Shown: in pieces, positions 38,135 through 47,943 of the stretch
How positions within the stretch are numbered: position 1 is the stretch's first letter
Layout of the letters: each line of letters opens with the position of its first letter
From: Gammaproteobacteria bacterium
GTDB taxonomy: Bacteria; Pseudomonadota; Gammaproteobacteria; GCA-001735895
Length of the DNA: 64,000 nt
Direction of reading: 5' to 3'
Assembly: GCA_014382695.1 (NCBI GenBank)
Contig: JACNJF010000194.1
Span: 861 to 64,860, forward strand
The notes under the pieces: model-generated
What the model was told of the DNA's origin: nothing
The model's database searches: none
Seen by the model: only the letters and a program-made list of their open reading frames with translations
Position numbers and translations under genes: made by a program

Positions 38135-39505
38135 GTGGATAGTTCACTCGAAGCAATTGAAAACAAATTGAGTGCAGCGCGCACTCGATTGATCCTGGAT
38201 AAACCATTTTTGGGGGCGCTGGTGTTGCGTCTGCCGTTGCAGGCGGCCGATCCGAGCTGGTGTGCAACCACCGGTACCGATGCCCGAAAGTTCTATTACA
38301 ATCCGGCCTATATTCAGGAGCTGCGCGCCGATGAAACCCAGTTTGTGCTGGCACACGAAGCCCTGCATTGCGCGCTGTCGCATTTTGCACGGCGCGGTCA
38401 TCGGGTTAAACACCGCTGGGATATCGCCTGTGATTATGCGATTAATCCGCTGCTGTTAGATGAAGGGCTGAAGCCGCCACCCGGCTCTCTGATGCTGCGT
38501 GAGTACCGTGGGATGACGGCGGAGGAAATCTATCCGATGATTCAGGATAACGATATGTCCGAGTCGCTGGATCAGCATCTGTACGATAAACAGGAGCAAA
38601 CCGAAGGCGGGCAGGATAAACAGCAAAATCCACTCGATCAGAAGGATTCAAAAAGTCAGTCTGGTGGTGAAGGTCAGGTGCAACGGCAGGATCAGTCGAA
38701 TAAACCTGCACAGGGCAATCAGCCTGACGAACCGGCGGATAGCGAAAAAAATCCGCAGCAGGATGAAAGCGCGGGCCTGCCGAGACAGAGCAACGATCAG
38801 TTACCCGGAAAAGCCAGCGGTGCCGCCAGTAAAGACCTGCAAAGCAGTGCACCGCAGCCGTTAACCGAATCAGAAAAATCAGATCTGCATGTGCAGTGGC
38901 AGCAGCGACTGGCTGGTTCGGCACAACAGGCGCAGCAGGCCGGTAAGCTGGGTGAAGGCATCGCGCGCATGATCGATTTTTTTCTGCAGCCGACCTTACC
39001 CTGGCGTGTATTACTGGCACGCCATATGAACAGTATTTCGCGCGACGATTACAGCTACACGCGGCCTTCCAGCCGGCGTGGCGATCCGGCGATCTATCCC
39101 AGCCTGCGTAGCCCGCAGATGAACGTGGTGGTCGCTGTCGATGTCAGTGGTTCGATCGACAAGGATGAGCTGGATGAGTTTGTGGCGGAAGTCGATTCAC
39201 TCAAATCCCAGGTTCGGGCGCGTGTCACTTTTCTGACCTGTGATTCAAAGATAACCGGTGATAGTCCTCAGATTTTTGAAGCCTGGGAGTATTGCCGCCT
39301 GCCGGAACGTATTATGGGTGGAGGCAGCACCGATTTTAACCCGGTGTTTGAGTGGGTCGAACGGCATGATGTGAAGCCGGATCTGCTGGTTTACTTTACC
39401 GACGCGGATGGACGATTCCCTCGCTGTCAGGCGCCTTATCCGGTGATCTGGCTGGTGAAAGGCCGTAAGGCCGTTCCCTGGGGCCAGAGAATTCAATTAA
39501 ATTAA
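38135..39505 (+). CDS. fusion of a putative metallopeptidase-like domain (HExxH), a disordered linker and a vWA domain (DUF2201-type)
   Basis: The N-terminus 'LILDKPFLGALVLRL...TDARKFYYNP...FVLAHEALHCALSHF...WDIACDYAINP' carries HEALH at 38354-38368. A Q/D/S/P-rich linker of about 110 aa follows. The C-terminal vWA has the MIDAS 'DVSGS' at 39140-39154. Confidence 0.8.
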   Translation: MDSSLEAIENKLSAARTRLILDKPFLGALVLRLPLQAADPSWCATTGTDARKFYYNPAYIQELRADETQFVLAHEALHCALSHFARRGHRVKHRWDIACDYAINPLLLDEGLKPPPGSLMLREYRGMTAEEIYPMIQDNDMSESLDQHLYDKQEQTEGGQDKQQNPLDQKDSKSQSGGEGQVQRQDQSNKPAQGNQPDEPADSEKNPQQDESAGLPRQSNDQLPGKASGAASKDLQSSAPQPLTESEKSDLHVQWQQRLAGSAQQAQQAGKLGEGIARMIDFFLQPTLPWRVLLARHMNSISRDDYSYTRPSSRRGDPAIYPSLRSPQMNVVVAVDVSGSIDKDELDEFVAEVDSLKSQVRARVTFLTCDSKITGDSPQIFEAWEYCRLPERIMGGGSTDFNPVFEWVERHDVKPDLLVYFTDADGRFPRCQAPYPVIWLVKGRKAVPWGQRIQLN

Positions 39506-39513
39506 GCGGTCTT

Positions 39514-40632
39514 ATGCAATTATCCAATGAAGATAACCTGCGCCTGAATGTGTTGCTGGCGCAGGACCTGAAAGCGGTTCGCATCGATGAATCGAAAATG
39601 ATCGTGTATGCCTTATCCAGTCGCGGGGATGCCAAAATCCAGCTCAATCCGACTGGCAAGGATGAAAAATATATCCGCCTGGTAAAAGAGCTGCTGTCGA
39701 ACAAGATTATGGGTTCTCCTGGCGGTTATCCGGTGTATATCAAGCGCTGGACACGCATGGGGCAGGAACGTCAGCAGGAAAGCCTGGCGCAATTGCTGTT
39801 ACTGGGTGAGCCGGAAGCGGTGGTGGCGGTGGTGCATGCTCCAACCCTGAGTACCGATATCGCACGCCATGCGTGGTGGGCATTCCCGTCCTCTGAAAAT
39901 GCGCGCCGGTTACTGGAAAAAAAATCCATCGTGGATTCCGATCTGGCGCGAGAGCTGGTCGAGTTTTTACTCGAGTTCCTGCCGTTTGAGATAGAGCACA
40001 GAGACATGATCGATTCGGTTCGATTATGCCTGCAAAATGACCTGTTAACCGCTGCTGAAATCGACGATCTGTGGAAACGGGCGCGGCGTAAACAGAGTCT
40101 GTATGTCGGGTTTTTACACAGCCAGCCGGATGCTCTGCCGGATCAGGCCGGTGCACATCCGCTGTATAAACCGTTGCAGCAGTCTTTGCAGCCACTGGTC
40201 GAGCAGGGCAATGTGTACGCGATCCAGCTATTGCGCTACCTGTCGGAGCCGGGGCAGGGCTTTCTCAGAACCATCATCCGGGTGCTTGAAAAAGCCGCCA
40301 GCCAGGATACGATCGTTTCACTGTTTCAGGCGCTGTCAAACTATAACCGCCTGTTACCTCTGGCATCGGTGAAGCAGCGCGATATCAAGAATGCGGAGCA
40401 GCTGGTCACGGTATGGATAAGTGGCAAGCAGGATGAGCAACTGGTGAGCTGTCTTGAGGCCTGTGCACAATATAGCGATCAGATTCGAGCCATGCTGGTC
40501 ATATCTCAGCTGGATGAAGTGACGCTGTTTCCGATTTTTGGCCTGACCGATGCACTGGGCACGGTGATGCGCAAAAAACTTGAGCCGGTCACCGGCCCTT
40601 TATTGCAACATATCCGGCAGCTGTTACATTAG
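39514..40632 (+). CDS. hypothetical protein (372 aa), last gene of the Sel1/AAA/vWA cassette
   Basis: It starts 8 nt after the previous stop. It is predominantly helical and leucine-rich by eye, with no TM helix and no catalytic motif I can name. Confidence 0.8.
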   Translation: MQLSNEDNLRLNVLLAQDLKAVRIDESKMIVYALSSRGDAKIQLNPTGKDEKYIRLVKELLSNKIMGSPGGYPVYIKRWTRMGQERQQESLAQLLLLGEPEAVVAVVHAPTLSTDIARHAWWAFPSSENARRLLEKKSIVDSDLARELVEFLLEFLPFEIEHRDMIDSVRLCLQNDLLTAAEIDDLWKRARRKQSLYVGFLHSQPDALPDQAGAHPLYKPLQQSLQPLVEQGNVYAIQLLRYLSEPGQGFLRTIIRVLEKAASQDTIVSLFQALSNYNRLLPLASVKQRDIKNAEQLVTVWISGKQDEQLVSCLEACAQYSDQIRAMLVISQLDEVTLFPIFGLTDALGTVMRKKLEPVTGPLLQHIRQLLH

Positions 40633-40731
40633 GCGAAGTTCGTGGAGTGCAACTATCGGTTGCGCGATGTTTTCTATATAATGATTTCCTTATATTAAAT
40701 TTAAGGCCTCCAACTGGAGCGGGTGTATGCG

Positions 40732-42132
40732 ATGAAGTACCTTCCGATATTTTATGAAATCACCGATAAGCCCTGTGTAGTGATCGGAGGCGGGGGGATT
40801 GCCGCACGTAAAGCCGACCTGTTACATCAGGCGGGTGCCAGAGTCAGTGTGATTTCCCCCGAGCTGGGCGATGAAATGTCGCGCTTTCAACAACAGGGTA
40901 AGATTAGCTGGCAGCAACGTAATTTTGAGGCAGGTGATCTGACCGATTATTTTCTGGTGATCGCCGCAACCAGTGACAGGCGGGTCAATGAACAGGCTGC
41001 GGCTGAAGCACTGGTGCTGAAGATTCCCTGTAATGTGGTGGATAACCCAGAGCTATGCAGTTTCATCATGCCTTCGATTATCAACCGGGATCCAGTACAG
41101 ATTGCGGTATCTACCGGTGGCGCATCACCGGTGCTAGCACGTCTGATTCGGACCAATCTGGAAAGCTGTACGCCATCGGCCTATGGCAAGCTGGCGAAGC
41201 TGGTCGAAAAGTATCGTGACCGGGTCAAAAGTACCTTCCCACGCGTGGTCGAGCGTCGTAAATTCTGGGAGTCTATTCTGGAAGGGCCGGTGGCTGAACA
41301 TATCTTTGCCGGTCGTAACGACGATGCCCGACAGTTGATTGAACAACTGATCGACAAGGCCGATTCCAACCCGTCCTATAAAGGTGAAGTGTTTCTGGTA
41401 GGTGCCGGTCCGGGAGACCCCGACCTGCTCACCTTTCGCGCCTTACGCCTGATGCAAAAGGCCGATGTCATCGTCTACGATCGACTGGTTTCGCAACCGA
41501 TCATGGATCTGGTGCGGCGTGACGCGGAGCGCATCTACGCCGGCAAGGAACGCTCCCATCATGCGATACCCCAGGAAAACATCAATCAGTTGCTGGTGCG
41601 GTTGGCCAAAGAAGGCAAACGTGTACTACGCCTGAAAGGTGGCGATAACTTCATTTTCGGACGCGGTGGTGAAGAAATATCTGAATTGATCGATGAAGAT
41701 ATCCCGTTTCAGGTCGTGCCCGGTATAACTGCCGCTTCCGGTTGTACAACCTACGCAGGTATTCCGTTAACCCACCGTGATTATGCGCAGGCCTGTATCT
41801 TTGTGACCGGCCACCTGAAGGATGGCTCCAGTGATCTGAACTGGGATATGTTGTCGCATGCGAATCAAACGGTGGTTTTTTACATGGGGCTGGTGAATGT
41901 TCAGTCGATCTGCGATTCACTCAAACAACATGGCCGAGCCGCCTCTACACCGGCTGCGTTGATCGAAAAAGGTACAACGCCGGAACAACGGGTTTTTATC
42001 GGTGATCTGGATACCTTACCGGGGCTGGTGAACCAGAATAATGTCAAGGCCCCGACCCTGATTGTGGTCGGTGAAGTGGTGGAGTTGCATAAGAAACTGC
42101 ACTGGTTCAAGCCGGGCGAAGAGATTAAATAG
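40732..42132 (+). CDS. cysG: siroheme synthase (multifunctional CysG)
   Basis: 'LPIFYEI..K.CVVIGGGGIAARKA' aligns with the E. coli CysG N-terminus. The methyltransferase half has 'VFLVGAGPGDPDLLT', 'RLKGGD..IFGRGGEE'. Confidence 0.9.
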   Translation: MKYLPIFYEITDKPCVVIGGGGIAARKADLLHQAGARVSVISPELGDEMSRFQQQGKISWQQRNFEAGDLTDYFLVIAATSDRRVNEQAAAEALVLKIPCNVVDNPELCSFIMPSIINRDPVQIAVSTGGASPVLARLIRTNLESCTPSAYGKLAKLVEKYRDRVKSTFPRVVERRKFWESILEGPVAEHIFAGRNDDARQLIEQLIDKADSNPSYKGEVFLVGAGPGDPDLLTFRALRLMQKADVIVYDRLVSQPIMDLVRRDAERIYAGKERSHHAIPQENINQLLVRLAKEGKRVLRLKGGDNFIFGRGGEEISELIDEDIPFQVVPGITAASGCTTYAGIPLTHRDYAQACIFVTGHLKDGSSDLNWDMLSHANQTVVFYMGLVNVQSICDSLKQHGRAASTPAALIEKGTTPEQRVFIGDLDTLPGLVNQNNVKAPTLIVVGEVVELHKKLHWFKPGEEIK

Positions 42133-42257
42133 CCCCGTAGAGTGTTCCTGTAGGACTATGATGGCAATCATGCTTCTTCCTGAGGTGTATTACCTGGCGT
42201 TGCCAATTACATTGAAAACTAGTTTGTACCATCTCAGTGCTGATTTCCGAGTATCCG

Positions 42258-42812
42258 ATGCTTAAAAGCTATTTTAAAAGGATGTGTGGTCAGGGCGATA
42301 AATGCCGTGAAACTTATACCCCTGTCTGGTTACTGTGGTCAGTTGTGGGGGGATCGCTTGCCATACTGATCATCTCCTTTACCCATCAGTGGATACCGAT
42401 TTCGCATGCCAGCAGTCTGTTTTTGATCGGCTCTTTTGGTGCCTCTTCGGTTCTCATTTTCGGCACACCGAATGTACCCTATGCCCAGCCCAGGAACCTG
42501 CTCGGAGGGCATCTGATCTCTGCCCTGATCGGGGTGACGATCGCTCAATATGTGATTTTACCGATTGAATTTCAGGCGGCGCTGGTGGTTTCGCTGGCGA
42601 TACTGTTTATGCTGCTCACCAATACGGTGCATCCACCCGGCGGGGCAACCGGGCTGATCGCCGTAATCGGACATGATGGAGTGCATGAAATGGGTTACCA
42701 CTTCGTGTTGCAACCAGTACTGTCAGGCCTGTTGATCATGCTGGTGATTGCGTTGCTGTTCAATAATCTGAGTTCTGATTGTGAACGTCATTATCCCCGG
42801 CACTGGTGGTAG
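42258..42812 (+). CDS. HPP-family membrane protein
   Basis: Four or five TM helices and 'HPPGGAT' (the HPP motif). Confidence 0.75.
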   Translation: MLKSYFKRMCGQGDKCRETYTPVWLLWSVVGGSLAILIISFTHQWIPISHASSLFLIGSFGASSVLIFGTPNVPYAQPRNLLGGHLISALIGVTIAQYVILPIEFQAALVVSLAILFMLLTNTVHPPGGATGLIAVIGHDGVHEMGYHFVLQPVLSGLLIMLVIALLFNNLSSDCERHYPRHWW

Positions 42813-42822
42813 GACCGCGTAT

Positions 42823-42855
42823 TAATTGCTAAGTATCCGGACATATTAGCAATTA
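42823..42855. promoter_or_regulatory. perfect 10-bp inverted repeat overlapping the candidate SulP promoter
   Basis: TAATTGCTAA (42823-42832), a 13-nt spacer, then TTAGCAATTA (42846-42855). The right arm overlaps a -35-like TTAGCA, and TAGAAT lies 18 nt downstream (42870-42875). Confidence 0.5.
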
Positions 42856-42906
42856 CTTATATATTCGGGTAGAATCCGCGCCTTTTAATCTGTGCAAGGC
42901 GAATCT

Positions 42907-44463
42907 ATGTTCCAACTCACCTGTCCTGGTAAACAATGTGTAAAAAATGATGTGTTATCCGGTCTGACCGTCGCGTTGGCGCTGGTTCCGGAAGCAGTCG
43001 CTTTTGCCTTTGTCGCGGGTGTCGAACCTCTGGTAGGCCTGTACGGCGCCTTTATGATGGGAATCATCACCGCTTTTATCGGCGGTCGTCCCGGTATGAT
43101 TTCTGGAGCCACCGGTGCGATGGCGGTGGTGATGGTGTCGCTGGTTGCTCAGCATGGGGTCGAGTATCTGTTTGCCGCGATTATCGTCACCGGTTTGATC
43201 CAGATGAGTGCCGGTGTGCTGCGCCTGGGCAAGTTTATCCGTCTGGTGCCTTTCCCGGTAATGCTGGGTTTCGTGAATGGTCTCGCCATCGTTATTTTTC
43301 TGGCCCAGTTACAGCAGTTCAAGGTGATTTCAGCCGATGGTGGGCTGGAGTGGATGAGCGGACAGTCATTGTTGATTATGCTGGGTCTGATTGCGCTGAC
43401 CATGGCGATCATCCACTTTTTACCTCGTTTTACGGTTGCTGTTCCAGCTTCTTTGGCTGCCATTATTACAGTGACTCTGCTGGTCATCGGACTGGACCTG
43501 GATAGCCGCTCGGTGGTTGATGTATTGCGTGATATGACGGGCGATATGCAGGCCACGATTGCGGGTGGTCTACCTTCGTTTCATCTACCCGTTGTGCCGT
43601 TTAACTGGGAAACACTGCGGATCATTCTGCCTTACAGCATTATTCTGGCTGGTGTTGGCCTGATTGAGTCGCTGCTGACGCTGAATCTGGTGGATGATCT
43701 GACCGAAACCCGTGGGCGTGGTAATCAGGAGTGTGTCGGGCAGGGAATCGGTAATACCGTCAATGGCCTGTTTGGCGGAATGGGCGGCTGTGCCATGATC
43801 GGACAGTCCATGATCAATATCAATTCGGGAGGCAAGGGCCGCCTGTCAGGCATCAGCGCGGCGCTGTTTCTGCTGGGATTTATTCTGTTCGCTTCCGGCC
43901 TGATCGAAATCATCCCGGTCGCAGCGCTGGTCGGGGTGATGTTCATGGTGGTGCTTGGCACCTTTGAATGGGCCACCTTTCGCATGATCGGTAAAGTGCC
44001 GTTGGCGGATATTCTGATTACCATTCTGGTTGCGGCTGTCACCGTTATATCGGATCTGGCGATCGCCGTTATCGTCGGCGTCATCGTGTCGGCACTGGTA
44101 TTTGCCTGGGAGCATGCCAAGCACATGAACGCGAAGTCTTTTATCGATGAAAATGGCAGTAAAATCTATGAGCTAAACGGGCCGCTGTTCTTTGGTTCGG
44201 TGCATGCCTTTCATGAACTGTTTAATCCACGCGAAGACCCGGATGATGTAATCATCGATTTTTATAATTCACGGGTTGCCGATCATTCCGGCATCGAAGC
44301 CATCGATAGTCTGGCTGAGCGTTATCAGCGTAACGGTAAAACACTGCATCTCAAGCATCTGAGCGAAGAATGCAAGCTGCTGCTACATACGGCCGGAAAC
44401 CTGGTAGAAGTGAATGTAATGGAAGATCCGGTATACCATGTGGCGGATGATCTGCTGGATTAG
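42907..44463 (+). CDS. SulP-family anion (sulfate) permease with a C-terminal STAS domain
   Basis: '[20 protein letters not shown]', multiple TM helices, and a C-terminal STAS-like '[12 protein letters not shown]...'. AAGG lies 7 nt upstream of ATG 42907. Confidence 0.9.
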   Translation: MFQLTCPGKQCVKNDVLSGLTVALALVPEAVAFAFVAGVEPLVGLYGAFMMGIITAFIGGRPGMISGATGAMAVVMVSLVAQHGVEYLFAAIIVTGLIQMSAGVLRLGKFIRLVPFPVMLGFVNGLAIVIFLAQLQQFKVISADGGLEWMSGQSLLIMLGLIALTMAIIHFLPRFTVAVPASLAAIITVTLLVIGLDLDSRSVVDVLRDMTGDMQATIAGGLPSFHLPVVPFNWETLRIILPYSIILAGVGLIESLLTLNLVDDLTETRGRGNQECVGQGIGNTVNGLFGGMGGCAMIGQSMININSGGKGRLSGISAALFLLGFILFASGLIEIIPVAALVGVMFMVVLGTFEWATFRMIGKVPLADILITILVAAVTVISDLAIAVIVGVIVSALVFAWEHAKHMNAKSFIDENGSKIYELNGPLFFGSVHAFHELFNPREDPDDVIIDFYNSRVADHSGIEAIDSLAERYQRNGKTLHLKHLSEECKLLLHTAGNLVEVNVMEDPVYHVADDLLD

Positions 44464-45083
44464 CGAGCAATCCATTCGGCCTGTGAGATCACTGCACCAC
44501 GCAGGGTTATTTTTCCATTATAACGTTCACCCGGCTGGATGATGCCGACGCCTTTCGGGGTTCCTGTCATCACGATATCGCCGTCATTCAGCGTCATAAA
44601 ACGACTGATTTCGTTTAAAATGGTGGCTGGTTTATACAGCATCAGACTGGTATCGGCCTTTTGTACGGTGGTGCCGTTTATCTCCAGTTCCAGAGTCAAC
44701 GCCGGATCAACCTCGGATATCCTCACAAACGGGCTAAACAGTGCTGCGCCATCAAACGCTTTGGCCCGTTCCCACGGTAAGCCTTTAGCCTTGAGTTTAT
44801 CCTGCAGTGCGCGTTTGGTTAGATCAAGCCCAAACCCTACCGCTGCAAAACGCCCGTCCTCAACCACAAAACACAGCTCACCTTCGTAATTGATAGCTTC
44901 CTGATGGATCGCGTGCAGTTGATCGGATATGGCTGAATTAGGTTTGCTGAACACGACCATTTCATCGGCGACTTCATTCTTCAATTCTTCAATGTGGGCC
45001 GCATAGTTACGCCCAACGCAGACAATTTTTCCGGGAGTCAGTTGTTGCTGGCCTATTTGAATCTTGTTCATTGCTTTGCTCAT
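44460..45083 (-). CDS. fumarylacetoacetate hydrolase (FAH) family protein
   Basis: '[12 protein letters not shown]', 'P..F.K', 'INYEGEL', '[13 protein letters not shown]'. Confidence 0.85.
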   Translation of the reverse strand: MSKAMNKIQIGQQQLTPGKIVCVGRNYAAHIEELKNEVADEMVVFSKPNSAISDQLHAIHQEAINYEGELCFVVEDGRFAAVGFGLDLTKRALQDKLKAKGLPWERAKAFDGAALFSPFVRISEVDPALTLELEINGTTVQKADTSLMLYKPATILNEISRFMTLNDGDIVMTGTPKGVGIIQPGERYNGKITLRGAVISQAEWIAR

Positions 45084-45407
45084 GTTAGTTTCTCTGCAGT
45101 CGGAGTGGCGCTAAAGGTGGCGAAATAGTCTAGCAGTAACTCGATAAATAAGCGCCATTTTAGCAGCATGATGCGTCAGTAATCGACTAGTAGTGGACTA
45201 CTGAATTCACGAGGGGAGGTTGGGTGCTCCGTTAGTATGCGATCCGGCTGACTGTCTTCAAAACAGAAACAGTGTATCAATAATTTCACATATTGTTTTT
45301 ATTCGGTGCAGGCCTAATACTTTATTTCAATCAGATGAAGTTTCATAACAAAACTTTTGGTTGACCTGTAAACACTAAATAACAACGAATCCGTAGAGGA
45401 AAATTGA

Positions 45408-46001
45408 ATGAATAAATTTGTCAAAAAATCTTTAACTGTCATGACTTTATTGGGCACCCTGAGCCTGACCCAACCGGTTATGGCTGAAATGGCTTCAGCT
45501 GGAAATTATACGATCGACCCAGGTCATACTTTCGTCACTTTCAGTGTCAGTCACCTTGGTTTCAGTGAATTACAGGGTCGTTTTAACACCGTTGAAGGTA
45601 GCATGAAATATACACCTAATGGCGCATCGAGTGTTGAAGTCACGATCGATGCCGCCAGTGTGGATAGCAACCATCAGAAACGTGATGATCATTTGCGTGG
45701 TCCTGATTTCTTCAACGCGAAGCAGTTTCCTCAGATCAAGTTTGCATCCAGCAAAGTCCATTACGGCGCTTCCGGAGAACCCAGTCGTGTCGATGGAAAC
45801 TTCACTTTACACGGTGTTACCAAAGCGGTGTCTCTGGATGTGACTCCAGTCGGTGCAGGTAGCGATCCCTGGGGTGGTTACCGTTCTGGCTACAATGCCT
45901 CTACCAAGATCAAACGCAGTGACTACGGGATGAACTATATGCCTGGTGGTATCGGTGATGAGATTTCAATCAAACTTTATATCGAACTGACAAAGAATTA
46001 A
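45408..46001 (+). CDS. YceI-family periplasmic polyisoprenoid-binding protein
   Basis: Signal peptide, 'YTIDPGHTFVTFSVSHLGFSELQGRFN', 'RDDHLRGPDFF', 'G.FTLHGVTK'. Confidence 0.85.
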   Translation: MNKFVKKSLTVMTLLGTLSLTQPVMAEMASAGNYTIDPGHTFVTFSVSHLGFSELQGRFNTVEGSMKYTPNGASSVEVTIDAASVDSNHQKRDDHLRGPDFFNAKQFPQIKFASSKVHYGASGEPSRVDGNFTLHGVTKAVSLDVTPVGAGSDPWGGYRSGYNASTKIKRSDYGMNYMPGGIGDEISIKLYIELTKN

Positions 46002-46057
46002 TGGAGTGCTGGCTATTCGTCAAGCATGACGAGTAGCCATTGACTCTGGTGACCCGG

Positions 46058-46843
46058 ATGAATCTTCAATTACAACTTGCCCTTCAGGTTTTGCTGCTAC
46101 CGCTGGTACTGTCTTTTGTGGTGTGGCATGCGGGCTTAAAAAGTCATCGATTTAACCTGCTAGCATTGTTTCTAATCTGGGTTATCAGTTTTGTGTGGAT
46201 AAAAGGCATGCCAGCTTTTCCACCTGCAGAAGCGGTAGAGTGGGTGGTATTAATCGGCCTGCTGTATGCCATTATCAGTATCAGCTTTAAATCTGCCGTC
46301 ATTCCATTGCTGCTGAATGCCGCCATTTTGTTGCTTGGAATTGTAATCTTGACCTGGCCGGTACTGATCCGTGCTTCAGACCCACAGTTTTTTTTAGAAC
46401 TCTTTTTGTTTGCTTCACTCGGAATAATAATACCCCTCCTCTTGAAACGCGCTTCTCCTTCCAGTCCAGCTTTAACAGTGGGAATCAGCAATGCTGGTCT
46501 CGCTGCGATATCTGGGCTGGGTGGGAGTCTTTTAATTGGACAACTGGCTGGGGTCGCGGCCTCGTTGCTGGGTGCTTTTATACTGTATGAGCTGCTTTCA
46601 AAACTGCACAATTCTGAATTACCACCTCGATCCCTTAATCTGATGGTGAACCTGCATATCTGGCTTGCGCTAATCGCTAGAGTATATGCGGAAGTGGCAC
46701 TTATTCCCGTTGTACTGGTTAGTCTGTCGTTGTTGTTTGGTTTGACCGTTCGCTGGCGCTACGCCTCTGTAGTGTCGTTACTGTTGAGTTTGGGAGCTTT
46801 GGGCTGGTTGTTAGCGACCAGCGATAACTCCAGCTATTACTAG
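46058..46843 (+). CDS. hypothetical polytopic membrane protein
   Basis: About 7 hydrophobic helices. The ORF is open from TTG 46040, and ATG 46058 gives 'MNLQLQLALQVLLLPL'. No family recognised. Confidence 0.6.
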   Translation: MNLQLQLALQVLLLPLVLSFVVWHAGLKSHRFNLLALFLIWVISFVWIKGMPAFPPAEAVEWVVLIGLLYAIISISFKSAVIPLLLNAAILLLGIVILTWPVLIRASDPQFFLELFLFASLGIIIPLLLKRASPSSPALTVGISNAGLAAISGLGGSLLIGQLAGVAASLLGAFILYELLSKLHNSELPPRSLNLMVNLHIWLALIARVYAEVALIPVVLVSLSLLFGLTVRWRYASVVSLLLSLGALGWLLATSDNSSYY

Positions 46844-46918
46844 TCCGATTCTTTGTGGCAGCAAGGTTTCTGTATGTATAGCATTTCTTTTCTTTAAATT
46901 TTTATTTCAGGTAGCCCG

Positions 46919-47875
46919 ATGTTAGTTAATGGAAAATGGAGCAAGGACTTTGATCCTGTACAGGCGGTCGATGAAGATGGCCGCTTTATCCGTCAGGATT
47001 CCCAGTTTCGCAACTGGATAACTCCCGATGGAAGTGCTGGAATAACCGGCAAAGCCGGTTTTAAAGCAGAGTCGGAACGCTATCATCTGTATGTTGCTTT
47101 AATCTGCCCCTGGGCCTGCCGCACACTGATGGCTCGCAAAATTAAAAAGCTGGAAGCTCTAATTTCGGTCAGTGTGGTGGAGCCTTATCTGCAGGATGAA
47201 TGCTGGAGTTTTGGCGCATACCCAGGCGCTGACATTGAGCCTCTGTATGGTTTTAAGTATGCCCACCAGCTCTACACCCGTGCCGATGGCAACTACAGTG
47301 GTCAGGTCACCGTACCCGTGCTGTGGGATAAACAACAGCATACCATTGTGAATAATGAGTCGGCCGATATCGTGCGCATGCTGAACAGTGGTTTTGGTGA
47401 TCTGGCTGATAATACGGTTGATCTGTACCCATTGGATCTGAGAGCTGAAATCGATGCCGTCAATGAACGTCTTTACGATAGCTTTAACAATGGCGTGTAT
47501 CAGGCTGGATTTGCTTCTACCCAGTTTGCATATGAGGAGGCGGTCGCAAAAGTATTCGACAGTCTGGCTTTTTTACAGCAGCAACTGGAAGGGCAGGATT
47601 ACCTGGTTGGTAATCGTCTGACCGAGGCTGATATTCGTGCGTTTGTGACGCTGATTCGTTTTGATACTGCTTATTACGGCCTGTTTAAAACCAATCTGGC
47701 CCAGGTCAGGGATTACCCGACTATTCTGGCGTATATGCAACGAATCTATGCGTTACCGGGGGTGGCTGAAACCGTAAATTTTGATCATATCAAGCAGGGA
47801 TACTACTCGATTAAAATGTTGAACCCTCTGGGAATAATTCCGCAAGGGCCTGATCTGTCCTATATAACGGGGTAA
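46919..47875 (+). CDS. yqjG: Xi-class glutathione transferase / glutathionyl-hydroquinone reductase (YqjG-like)
   Basis: 'RYHLYVALICPWACRTL' (the CPWA active site), 'VPVLWDK', 'IVNNESADI'. Confidence 0.85.
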   Translation: MLVNGKWSKDFDPVQAVDEDGRFIRQDSQFRNWITPDGSAGITGKAGFKAESERYHLYVALICPWACRTLMARKIKKLEALISVSVVEPYLQDECWSFGAYPGADIEPLYGFKYAHQLYTRADGNYSGQVTVPVLWDKQQHTIVNNESADIVRMLNSGFGDLADNTVDLYPLDLRAEIDAVNERLYDSFNNGVYQAGFASTQFAYEEAVAKVFDSLAFLQQQLEGQDYLVGNRLTEADIRAFVTLIRFDTAYYGLFKTNLAQVRDYPTILAYMQRIYALPGVAETVNFDHIKQGYYSIKMLNPLGIIPQGPDLSYITG

Positions 47876-47943
47876 TGCTGGCATCTGGAAAATGTGACGC
47901 GCGCTGGTTCGATCCAGTAGCCAAAAGCATTTAACCGGGTAAT

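Noticed and set aside
40633-40722. A weak hairpin (gcaac-tatcg-gttgc) after the 372-aa gene as a terminator separating it from cysG.
   Set aside because: The stem is only 5 bp and the T-tract is poor. It is insufficient to call, so co-transcription with cysG remains possible.
44460-44463. Overlapping stop codons of convergent genes: SulP/FAH share TTAG, and the REC-GGDEF-EAL gene and aat overlap by 12 nt at 19836..19847.
   Set aside because: Tail-to-tail overlaps of a few nucleotides are common in compact genomes. No associated structure or motif was seen.
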